Shown: positions 1 to 9,198 of the stretch, in pieces
How positions within the stretch are numbered: position 1 is the stretch's first letter
Layout of the letters: every line of letters starts with the position of its first letter
Assembly: GCA_963726745.1 (NCBI GenBank)
Contig: CAVSDR010000006.1
Location: 32,001-96,000 of the forward strand
Length of the DNA stretch: 64,000 nucleotides
Direction of reading: 5' to 3'
DNA from: an uncultured Verrucomicrobiae bacterium
Lineage (GTDB): Bacteria; Verrucomicrobiota; Verrucomicrobiia; Chthoniobacterales; UBA10450
The notes under the pieces: model-generated
The model's input: the letters and a program-made list of their open reading frames with translations, nothing else
The model's database searches: none
What the model was told of the DNA's origin: nothing
Translations under genes and position numbers: made by a program

Positions 1-616
1 TGGAGCAGGCGCAAGATCAGCTCGTCGATTAAAGTTGTTTTCCCTGCACCGCCCGGGCCGGTGAAGCCAATCACCTTCGAGCGCGGATTCTTCGGCCGCG
101 CGCAGATTTAGCCGACGCTTTCGCGGGACGTTTCCCGTTCGCAAAGCCGTCCTCGATCGCGGTCAGCTTCCGCGCGAGCACCATCATCGGGTCCTTCGTC
201 GGTTTGCGTTTCCGCGCTTTGCCGTAGTGCGCGTGCACGTAGTCGACCATGTCGGTGAGCGAAGTCCCGGCGAAGAAAATCTTGTCGACCCCGCGCCTCT
301 GCATCACCCGCTGGTCATCGTGCGTGATCGTCCCGCCGCCGCCGCCGAAGACCTTGATCTCATCGGCTCCGGCTTTGCGCAGTTGCCGCACGACCTCGGA
401 GAAAAACTCCACGTGCCCGCCGTTGTAGCTCGAGATGCCGACCGCGGCCACGTCCTCCTGGATCGCGGCGCGCACGATATCCTGCACGTAGCGATGGTAG
501 CCGAGGTAAATGACCTCGATCCCGTGGCGGATGAATTCGAGGTTGATCGTGTTGATCGCGCTATCGTGCCCGTCGCAAATGGGCACGGCCGTGAGGACGC
601 GGATGGGTGCTGCCAT
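1..616 (-). CDS. icmF: Fused isobutyryl-CoA mutase/GTPase IcmF, N-terminal part (B12-binding domain, then start of MeaB-type GTPase); apparent frameshift near 80-110; runs off window start
   Basis: DGHDSAIN...IYLG...SSYNGGH cobalamin-binding motif. Reverse complement of 1-80 reads SKVIGFTGPGGAGKTTLIDELILRLL (P-loop) in another frame. Confidence 0.8.
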
Positions 617-677
617 GAGCCGCAAATCTTACCGGCAATCGCTTGTCCGGCAACGGCATTCGCCTAACGTCTCGCGC

Positions 678-1433
678 ATGACTGACCCTCTCGATTTCTC
701 CGGCAAAGCGGTCCTGGTAACCGGCAGCTCGCGCGGCCTGGGCGCGGCCATGGTGCAAGCCTTCGGCGACCGCGGCGCGAAGTGCGTGGTCAATTTCATC
801 GGCGACCCGCAGGGGCAAAACCAAAGCGAGGCCGAGATGGTCGCAGCCAAAATAGACGGCGCGCTCACGATCGAGTGCGACGTGACCGACCCGATGCAGG
901 TCGAGGCGATGATGGCGGAAATTAAACAGCGCTTTGGCGGCCTCGATGTCCTGATCAACAACTCCGGAATCATCCGCGATCGCACGATGAAGAAGATGAG
1001 CGCCGAGGATTTCGAGAGCGTCGTGCGCGTCAACCTTACCGGCACTTTCAACGTCACCCAGAAAGCGGCCGCCGTGCTGAACCAGGGCGGCCGGGTGATC
1101 AATCTTTCGTCGGTCAGCGGCCAGATGGGTCTCTTCGGCCAGGCGAATTATTCCTCGAGCAAAGCGGCGATCATCGCGCTGACCAAGGTCTCCGCGCGCG
1201 AGCTGGCCCGCCAGGGGATCACGGTGAACGCGATCGCGCCCGGCTTCATCGACGTCGGCATGAGCAAAGGCATGCCGGACGAGGTCACAGAGAACTTCAA
1301 GAAACAGATCCCGCTCGGCCGCCTGGGCGAGGCGCACGAGATCGTCGATGCGGCCCTCTTCCTGGCCTCGCCCATGGCCAGCTACATCACCGGCCAGGTG
1401 TTGAACGTGAACGGCGGCTATTACATGGGCTAA
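678..1433 (+). CDS. fabG: 3-oxoacyl-ACP/CoA reductase (SDR family)
   Basis: TGSSRGLG Rossmann motif, NNSG, YSSSK catalytic motif, terminal GQVLNVNGG. Confidence 0.85.
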   Translation: MTDPLDFSGKAVLVTGSSRGLGAAMVQAFGDRGAKCVVNFIGDPQGQNQSEAEMVAAKIDGALTIECDVTDPMQVEAMMAEIKQRFGGLDVLINNSGIIRDRTMKKMSAEDFESVVRVNLTGTFNVTQKAAAVLNQGGRVINLSSVSGQMGLFGQANYSSSKAAIIALTKVSARELARQGITVNAIAPGFIDVGMSKGMPDEVTENFKKQIPLGRLGEAHEIVDAALFLASPMASYITGQVLNVNGGYYMG

Positions 1434-1474
1434 AGCCGGGGGCGCGGAGCACGCATCCTGCTCCCTGGAGGGGC

Positions 1475-1819
1475 ATGCAACTGGCCCGTTCCCTCTCCCG
1501 CCGCCCTGCCGTCCCTGCCCAGTCCGCCGCGCGCACCGCTTCCGCGGAAGCGATTGCGGAGATTCGAGCTTACATCGCAATCCGCGATCAACTCCTCGAG
1601 GAAGCGGAGGAATTTCGCACTCCCGCGAAATTAGACAGCACTTTGGCGGCGAACGACTACGTAGCCGATTGCCTCCGCCCAGCGCGTTCGCCTTACCACG
1701 GCCAATGCCTCGCGGAAGCTGAGACGCTCCGCGAGCGTGCTCGCTGCGAGTTTGTCAAAGGCCGCGTGGCCCAGCTGCGCATGCTCACTTGCGGACCGCT
1801 TCCTGGCGGCCGCATGTAG
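1475..1819 (+). CDS. Hypothetical protein (114 aa)
   Basis: GGAGG RBS just before the ATG; fills the gap between fabG and the convergent thiolase; no recognisable motif. Confidence 0.5.
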   Translation: MQLARSLSRRPAVPAQSAARTASAEAIAEIRAYIAIRDQLLEEAEEFRTPAKLDSTLAANDYVADCLRPARSPYHGQCLAEAETLRERARCEFVKGRVAQLRMLTCGPLPGGRM

Positions 1820-1823
1820 CCGG

Positions 1824-3061
1824 CTATTCCACGGCCCCAGACCATGGCCACGGCGGTCGTGAGACTGCCGCCCATGTTGAAGGTGAGGTATTTTTTCGCG
1901 CCGTTGATTTGGCGGGCGCCGGCCTGTTCGGTGAGGTGCTGATAGGCCTCGACTACCTGCCGCACGCCGGTCGCGCCGACCGGGTGACCGTCGCCGATCA
2001 AACCGCCGCCTGGGTTGACCGGAATCTCGAAGTCGATCTTTGCCGCTGACCTTTTCGTTCCGCACCTGCGGAAGCGCGGTCGCGCCGGTCATGGCCAGCT
2101 CCGCGCCTTTGCCCGCCTCGGCCAGGCCGAGGATTTCGTAGGCGCAAATTTCGGTGATCGAGAAGCAATCGTGCACATCGGCGCCATGCATGTCGCGCGG
2201 CGTCAGGTTTGCCATCCCGAAGGCTTTCTCGGCCGCTTTCTTCGCGGTCGTGAAAACGGGCGCGTCTTTCTTCTCCAGCGCGAGGTAATCGGTCGACAGC
2301 CCGTAGCCGAGCAAGGTCGGCAGCTTCGACTTATCGATCCCGTGTTTGTCGCAGTATTTTCCAGAGACGAGCACGATCGCCGCCGCGCCGTCGGTGATCT
2401 GCGAGCAATCCGAAACCTTCAACGGCGGAGCAACGCTGGGGTTCTTGTCCGAGACCTGCGACGCATGGTCGTAGGTCAGGTCGGCATCGCGCATTTGCGC
2501 GAGCGGGTTCAAGCGCGCGTGCGCATAATTTTTGTAGGCCACCCAGGAGAGCTCCTTCTCGCTCGCGCCGTATTTCTCGATATAGAGCTGCGCGATGCGC
2601 CCGAACAATTTCGGGAACATGAAGTCGCCGTATTCCGGCTGCTCGACATGGTAATCGGCCGCTGCGCCGAGCACGTCCGAGCCGTCCTTGGCCGACATCG
2701 TCTTCTGCTGTTCCGCGCCGACCACGAGAACGGCGTCATGGAAACCGCCCATGATCCATTGCGCGCCGAGCGTGACCGAGAGCGCGCCGGAAGCGCAGGC
2801 CGCTTCCGTGTGCATCGTCGGGATGCCATGCAGTTTCGGGTCAATCTCCGGCACGAAACCGCCAAGGTGAAGTTGCTTGGTAAATTGCCCGGCGTTGAAA
2901 TTCCCGACCGCAGCCGCTTCGATCTCCGCGGCGTCGATCTTCGCGTCCTTCAGCGCGCCCTGCCCCGCTTCCACGATCAAATCGCGGATGGTTTTGCCTT
3001 CCTTGCGGAGGTTGCGCTTAAAGTCAGTCCGGCTCGCGCCGAGGATGTATACGGGTTCCAT
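1824..3061 (-). CDS. Acetyl-CoA acetyltransferase (thiolase, SCP2-like); apparent frameshift near 2040; exact 3' end uncertain
   Basis: EAACASG active-site Cys, CSQITDGAAA, HDCF, then GDGHPVGATG in a second frame (ORF 1693-2001). Confidence 0.85.
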
Positions 3062-3127
3062 AAAAGTGGTCTTTCGGTTAAGAGGGAAAACTACGAGCGC
3101 AGGGAGCAAACGGCAACGCGCCGTCTC

Positions 3128-4522
3128 TTACTGCGACTGCTTCTGCAGCCGCGGATCCGTCTCGGCAATAATGATGCTGACCGCGTGCTGATTGAAACCC
3201 TTGAAGCCGCCCCTCCGCTGCAGGTTTTCGAGATGGCTGCCGATCGCACCATTCTTCACGAACTCCTCAAACTGCGCGTCTGTGATCGAACCGGCTGCCT
3301 GCAATCGCTCGGCACGCGCGCGCCGCACCGGCCAGCGCTCACCTTCAGTGAACGCCTGTTTCAGAAACGGAAAATCGGAGAAAGGCTTCATCGTGTTGAT
3401 GCCCTCCTTGGTGAGTTGTTCGCGCAGGAGCGCGTGGTCAAAGCGGCACTCGAGGTGATGCATCCCCGCCTCGAGGAAGCTCTCGCCGTGCAGGCCGCAC
3501 CAGAGCCCGATCGTCCCGACTTTCGGCTGCGCCGGAAGCGCGCGGCGCGAGAAGTCGATGTCTACTTCGTCGGGGTTCAGGTCGACGTCGTTGAAGATGA
3601 TGATCCCCTCGACCGGCTGCTCGACGATCTGCGCGCCCCAGCCCGCCTGCGCCCCGGCGTAGTAACGCTCGCGGCGATGAAAGCCGAGCAGCTCCCAGGC
3701 CTTGATCAGGTCGACAAAACATTCGCGCGAAGAGCGGAAGGTGTGGTGATCGTGATTCGCCCAGCCGAGGCCTAACGAGTCCTGCCGGCGCTTCTGCTCG
3801 GTGCCGGCGCGATTGCGCTTTTGCCAGAAGCGGCGCTCCTCCTCAAAGACGAGGTGGCAGGCTAAATCCTGGCCCACCAGCTGGACCATGCGCTCGATCC
3901 GCGCGAGGCCGTCTTTCATCCCCGCCAGGTCGTCGTCCCACTGGCGCGGCCGTGCCTGCCAAAGCTCCCGCGCGGCAAAATAGCCGACCAGATCCGGCTC
4001 GCTCGGGACGTAACCGCGATAGGCGCGGCGCTCGATCACTTCGAAGCGGGCGCCGTTCTCCTCCGCGAAAAGCATTTTCCGGAAACGCGAAAACGGCGCG
4101 CCTTCGATCGCGTGGGTGACGCCATGCACACCGGCGAAAATCGCCAGGTCTTCCACACGAATGCCAAGCCCTAGCGGGAATTTCGCGTTCGTCTGCGCGA
4201 TCAAGACTCGCGGCAGCATCGCCTCCGGATGCCAAAGCTGCCGCTGCCCCTCGGGCGCGTCGGCCAGCGGATCCTCCGTGTAACCCGTCGCGCGCAGCGC
4301 CGCTTCGTCCGACGCCGGGAGCACGAGGTAATCGGTCCAGTCGAGCAGAAGCGTGCCGGTCTCGTCGCGCATCCGCCGGGCCATGTTGGCCGCGGCCGCG
4401 TTTTGCTGGGTGAAGGCGTCGATCTTCTCCAGGAGGAAGTTCTCCGCGTCGTAACACAGCGGCCATTCGAAACGGGTTTCCGCGGCGTCCTGCTTTTGAG
4501 GGTCGAGGGTGGCGATGCTCAT
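3128..4522 (-). CDS. VOC-superfamily Fe(II) dioxygenase-like protein (HPPD/HglS-like), putative 2-oxo-acid dioxygenase/decarboxylase
   Basis: Motifs DHHTFR, GMHHLECR, FLKQAFT and HLENLQRRGGFKGF parallel the HPPD/DUF1338 His-His-Glu motifs; clustered with lat and pcd. Confidence 0.6.
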   Translation of the reverse strand: MSIATLDPQKQDAAETRFEWPLCYDAENFLLEKIDAFTQQNAAAANMARRMRDETGTLLLDWTDYLVLPASDEAALRATGYTEDPLADAPEGQRQLWHPEAMLPRVLIAQTNAKFPLGLGIRVEDLAIFAGVHGVTHAIEGAPFSRFRKMLFAEENGARFEVIERRAYRGYVPSEPDLVGYFAARELWQARPRQWDDDLAGMKDGLARIERMVQLVGQDLACHLVFEEERRFWQKRNRAGTEQKRRQDSLGLGWANHDHHTFRSSRECFVDLIKAWELLGFHRRERYYAGAQAGWGAQIVEQPVEGIIIFNDVDLNPDEVDIDFSRRALPAQPKVGTIGLWCGLHGESFLEAGMHHLECRFDHALLREQLTKEGINTMKPFSDFPFLKQAFTEGERWPVRRARAERLQAAGSITDAQFEEFVKNGAIGSHLENLQRRGGFKGFNQHAVSIIIAETDPRLQKQSQ

Positions 4523-4555
4523 ACGTTCTTAATTTGGCTTAACCGACAAAACTTG

Positions 4556-6196
4556 TCATTTCCCGCTCTCGGGCGAACCGGGCCGGCGCGCGCTTTCGCT
4601 CTCCGCGCGCAGCGCATGGTATTCGCTTTGCGGCTGCCACGAAGGCCAGGCCGCGGAGTTCGCCAGTTCATGGCCGAGCGCGAAGGCCACGCCAGCTTCC
4701 TGCGCGGTGCCGGCAAAGGTCCACTTCGAATCAAATTGATCGCACGGCTGGTGATAGCAGTCCCGGTTGTAAGCCGCGACGACCGCCTGCCCTGCGGCCG
4801 ACCCACCGTCGACCAGGTCGCGCCCGGCGCGGAAAGCGAGCGCAGGCACGCCGCGCTTCGCGAAGGGGAAATGATCCGAGCGAAAATACCAGCCGGCTTC
4901 CGGGTTCGGCTCCGGCGTAACCTTCAAGCCCTGCGCTTTGGCCACGCGGCCGAAGTCATCCTCCAAGGTCGTCCGCCCGCCGCCGATCAACTCCACGTCG
5001 CGCGCCGCCGGCAGGACCACGTGCGGGTCGAGATTGATCACCGCGACCGTCGTCGCCAGCGGATAAAGCGGATGCGCCGCGTAAAACTCCGAGCCGAGCA
5101 AGCCCTTCTCCTCCGCGGTCCAGGCCGCGAAAACCACCGTCCGTTCCGGCGCCTTCCCGGCCTTGAAAGCGCGCGCTATTTCCAGCACTTCCGCGGTGCC
5201 GGTGGCATTATCGACCGCGCCGTTGCGGATTGCGTCGCCGGTTTTGTCGGGGCCGTTCGTCCCGTTTGCGTCCCAATGCGCACCGTAAAGAATCGTCTCG
5301 TTAGGCCGCGCGCTCCCGGTAATTTTAGCCAGCACATTGCGGCTCTCGAAGGGCGTCGCCTTGAGCTCGCCGTGGGCTGAAAGTGCTGCCTCTTTTAGCG
5401 GAAACGCGCGAAAGCCAGGGTCGCGGGCCTGCTTCTTCAGTTCCGGCAAGCTCTGGCCGGTGGCCTGCAGAAGTTTCTCCGTCACATCGCCCGCGAGCCA
5501 GCCGCTGAGCTTCAACTCCGAAGGCTTGAGCGGCGCCAGCACCATCGCCGGGAGCGCGTCGCCGCTTGCGAGCTGTGAGAAGGGATAACTCGCGGCCGCT
5601 TCCTCGTGGAGCACGAGCACACCGGCCGCGCCGGCCTTTGCCGCGGCCTCGAACTTCACCCCCACGCGGCCTGCATACGCCATCCGTCGTCCCTCGAAAC
5701 CAAGATCTTTCCCCGCCTCGAAATCCGGATCGTTCGCCAGCACGACTGCGATTTTGCCGGCCATCTCCACGCCTTCGTAGGCGTTCCAGCCGCGATCGAC
5801 CACGCCGTAACCGGCGAAGACCAGCGGCGCATCCTGGAGCGAGGTCTCGCCGGGATTGCGCAGGCCGAGAGTCGCGTTTTTCCCCAGCTCGAGGGCGATC
5901 TCCTTGCCGCCCACCGTCAAGGTGAGACGCGCACCCGGTTGCCGATCGAGCCGGACCAGCGGCACCTGCTGGAACCAGCCCCCTGCTTCGCCGCCGGGTT
6001 GCAATCCCGCTTTCTCGAAAACGCTGGCTAAATATTCCGTGGTCTTTCGGTCTCCCGCTTCGCCCGGGCCCCGCCCGGCAAATTCATCGGAAGCGAGCTG
6101 CTGGACGTCGGCCTTGATCCGCTCCGCGGAGATCGGGCCAGCCGCGAGGCCACGCGCGAGCGTCAGACTAAGTGCGATGGCGAAAAAAAATCTCAC
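4556..6196 (-). CDS. Secreted M28 family metallopeptidase with PA domain
   Basis: GTG start overlaps the pcd stop (GTGA); signal peptide; GAHWD, NGAVDNATG, AEEKGLLGS, RSDHFPF, YHQPCD. Confidence 0.88.
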   Translation of the reverse strand: MRFFFAIALSLTLARGLAAGPISAERIKADVQQLASDEFAGRGPGEAGDRKTTEYLASVFEKAGLQPGGEAGGWFQQVPLVRLDRQPGARLTLTVGGKEIALELGKNATLGLRNPGETSLQDAPLVFAGYGVVDRGWNAYEGVEMAGKIAVVLANDPDFEAGKDLGFEGRRMAYAGRVGVKFEAAAKAGAAGVLVLHEEAAASYPFSQLASGDALPAMVLAPLKPSELKLSGWLAGDVTEKLLQATGQSLPELKKQARDPGFRAFPLKEAALSAHGELKATPFESRNVLAKITGSARPNETILYGAHWDANGTNGPDKTGDAIRNGAVDNATGTAEVLEIARAFKAGKAPERTVVFAAWTAEEKGLLGSEFYAAHPLYPLATTVAVINLDPHVVLPAARDVELIGGGRTTLEDDFGRVAKAQGLKVTPEPNPEAGWYFRSDHFPFAKRGVPALAFRAGRDLVDGGSAAGQAVVAAYNRDCYHQPCDQFDSKWTFAGTAQEAGVAFALGHELANSAAWPSWQPQSEYHALRAESESARRPGSPESGK

Positions 6197-7732
6197 GCGG
6201 TCGCGCTCCCCGTGGCCGGCGCTCCGAACTCGATCCCCTGCGCCAGCGGCAGTTCGGTCGAGAAATTGATCGTGTTCGTCTGGCGCCGCATATAGGCCTT
6301 CCAGGAATCGCTCCCGCTTTCGCGGCCGCCGCCGGTCTGTTTTTCGCCGCCAAAAGCGCCGCCAATTTCCGCGCCGCTCGTCCCGGCGTTGACGTTCGCG
6401 ATTCCGCAATCGCTCCCGACCGCGCTCACAAAGCGCTCCGCTTCGCGCATGTCGTTGGTAAAAATGGCCGAACTCAGGCCCTGCGGCACGTTGTTGTGCA
6501 GCGCGATCGCTTCGTCGAAGTCGCGATACGTCATCAGGTAAAGCAGCGGGCCAAAGGTCTCGTGCTGCACGATCTTCGCGTCCGCGGGAATGGTCGCGAG
6601 GCAAGGCGTCATGAAACAGCCGCCGGCGTTCTCCAGCTTTTCGCCGCCGAACAAAATCTCGCCGCCCTGTTCCTTCGCCTGCGCGATCGAGCGCTGCACG
6701 TTCTCGACCGCTTCCGGGTCGATCAGCGGACCGACCAGCGTCGAACGCTCGAGCGGATTGCCGATGCGCATCGACCGGTAAGCCGCAAGCAACTGCGCGC
6801 GCAGCTTGTCGGCGACCGACTCGTGCACGATCACCCGCCGCGTGGAGGTGCAACGCTGGCCCGCAGTGCCGACCGCGCCGAAGAAGATCGCCCGCGCCGC
6901 CATTTCCAGGTCGGCCGATTGAGAAACAACCAGCGCATTGTTGCCGCCGAGTTCGAGAATGCTTTTGCCCAGGCGTCCATGCACCGTCTTCGCGACGTCA
7001 AAGCCCATCCGCGTCGAGCCGGTCGCGGAGACCAAGCGGGATGCGTGCATCCGCCGCCATCTGCTGCCCAAGGCTCGGCCCGTCGCCGATGACTAACGAG
7101 AAGATGGCCGGATCAGCTCCGGTCGCGCGACACACGCGCTCGGCGATCTTGATTACCGCTATCGCGGTCAGCGGCGTTTTTTCCGACGGCTTCCAGATGG
7201 TCGAGTCGCCGCAGACAGCCGCGAGCGCCGCGTTCCACGACCAGACGGCTACGGGGAAATTAAACGCCGAGATGATGCCGATGATCCCGAGCGGATGCCA
7301 CTGCTCCATCAAGCGATGGCTCGGCCGTTCCGACTGAATCGTGAGGCCGTAAAGCATGCGCGACTGGCCAACCGCGAAGTCGCAGATGTCGATCATCTCC
7401 TGCACTTCGCCTTCGCCTTCGGCCACGATCTTGCCCATCTCCATGGTCACGAGCTGGCCCAGGTCGCTCTTCGCTTCGCGCAGGGCGTTGCCGAGCTGCC
7501 GGACGGTTTCGCCGCGCACCGGCGCCGGGGTCTTGCGCCACTTCAGGAAAGCTTCCTGCGCGCGCGTGACTGTGCGCTCGTAGTCTTCCGGCGAAGCCGT
7601 GCGCACGCGCGCTAACAAGTTGCCGTCTATCGGCGAGCGCTTCTCCAGGAGCGCGCCGCCGCCACGCCATTCCCCGTCGAAAGCGCCGTGATTTTCCTCG
7701 GCCAGGCCGAGCCGCTTGAGAATGTCTTGCAT
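6193..7732 (-). CDS. pcd: ALDH7-type aldehyde dehydrogenase (L-piperideine-6-carboxylate/aminoadipate-semialdehyde dehydrogenase); apparent frameshift near 7040
   Basis: GEGEVQEMIDICDFAVG, SAFNFPVAVWSWN, LELGGNNA, GTAGQRCT, GAEIGGAFGGEKQTGGGRESGSDSWKAY; directly downstream of lat. Confidence 0.88.
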
Positions 7733-7737
7733 GGTCG

Positions 7738-9141
7738 TTAGGCCCGCAGGCGCCGGCATTCGTCCCGCAAGAGGTGAAGGCCCTCGTCCGCCACTTCCAC
7801 CGGCAGGTCGAGCGCCGGGCGGAAGCGAATCGCGCGCTCGCCCGACTTCAAGACCAGCAATCCGCGGTCGAAGAGATTTTTCCAAACCGTGTCGCGCGTG
7901 GCCGCATCCGGCAGGTCGAAGGCAATCCAGAGACCGCGCCCGCGCACCGCCGTCATCTGCGGGCATTCCGCCGCGATCGCGCGCAGTCCATCGAGGATGT
8001 GCGCGCCGACTTTCGCGGAGTTCGCGACCAGGTTCTCGCGCTCGATGATCCGCAGGTAATGCTTCGAGCGCACCATGTCGGTGAAGTTGCCGCCCCAGGT
8101 GGAGTTCAAGCGGCTCGGCAAGCGAAAGGCATTGTCCTTCACCTCGTCGAGCTTCGGTCCAGCCATCACGCCGCAGACCTGCGACTTCTTGCCGAAGCAA
8201 AGCAGGTCGGGCAGGACGTCAAAGTGCTGGCAGCACCACGTCTTGCCGGTAGTCCCGAGGCCGGTCTGGACCTCGTCAAAGATCAGCAGCATCTCGTTTT
8301 CGTCGCAAATCTGGCGGAGCTTGCGCAGCCATTCGCCGCGGAAATGGTTGTCGCCGCCTTCGCCCTGGATCGGTTCGATGATGATCGCGGCTACGTCGAC
8401 GCCGCGCTCCGCGATCACCTGGCGAATCTCCGCCTCCGCTTGCTCCTCGCGCGCGATCACGTCCGCCTCGCGCTCCTTTTCGCCTAACGAGAAATCGATC
8501 TTCGGGTTCGAGACCCGCGGCCAGTCGAACTTGGCGAAGAGCGCGACCTTGTTCGGGTCCGTATTCGTCAAGCTCATGGTGTAGCCGCTGCGGCCGTGGA
8601 AAGCCTGGCGGAAATGCAGGATCTCGGTCCCACGTTCGCCCTGGCCGGCCGCCATGTTTTTGCGCACCTTCCAATCCATCGCGGCCTTGAGCGCATTCTC
8701 GATCGCGAGCGCGCCGCCTTCGATGAAGAGGTAACGCTCCAGCGGCGGGCACCCGGCGACGCGCGCGAGTGTTTCCACAAAGTCGGCGTATTGCTCGGTG
8801 TAAACGTCGGAGTTGGCGATCTTGGTGCGCGCCGCCCGGGCCATCTCTTCCTGCACTTCCGGCTGGTCGAAGTAGGGATGATTGAAGCCCACCGGGATCG
8901 AGCCGAAGAACCCGTAAAAGTCGATCAATTGCTTGCCCGTGACCGCATTGAAGATGCGGGACCCACGGCTGCGCTCGAGGTCGAAGACGATCTTGAAGCC
9001 GTCCATCAGGACGTGCTCCTCGAGTTTCTTCAGCGCGCTGGCAGCGGCGCGAAGGACGTCATCGGAATGGGCAGGGCTCGTAACGGAGCGGCGCGAAGCA
9101 GAAGTGCCCGGCGCCTCCGTGAGCACGGGAGGCATACTCAT
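7738..9141 (-). CDS. lat: L-lysine 6-transaminase (class III PLP aminotransferase)
   Basis: EGGALAIENALKAAMDWK, AFHGRSGYTMSLTNT, EPIQGEGGD, FDEVQTG, FGKK, SRLNSTWGG. Confidence 0.92.
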   Translation of the reverse strand: MSMPPVLTEAPGTSASRRSVTSPAHSDDVLRAAASALKKLEEHVLMDGFKIVFDLERSRGSRIFNAVTGKQLIDFYGFFGSIPVGFNHPYFDQPEVQEEMARAARTKIANSDVYTEQYADFVETLARVAGCPPLERYLFIEGGALAIENALKAAMDWKVRKNMAAGQGERGTEILHFRQAFHGRSGYTMSLTNTDPNKVALFAKFDWPRVSNPKIDFSLGEKEREADVIAREEQAEAEIRQVIAERGVDVAAIIIEPIQGEGGDNHFRGEWLRKLRQICDENEMLLIFDEVQTGLGTTGKTWCCQHFDVLPDLLCFGKKSQVCGVMAGPKLDEVKDNAFRLPSRLNSTWGGNFTDMVRSKHYLRIIERENLVANSAKVGAHILDGLRAIAAECPQMTAVRGRGLWIAFDLPDAATRDTVWKNLFDRGLLVLKSGERAIRFRPALDLPVEVADEGLHLLRDECRRLRA

Positions 9142-9198
9142 CCGCAGAGGTTAGCTTTAGCGCTCTGTTTGGTCAACCGGAGCCCGGTCTAACGAAAG

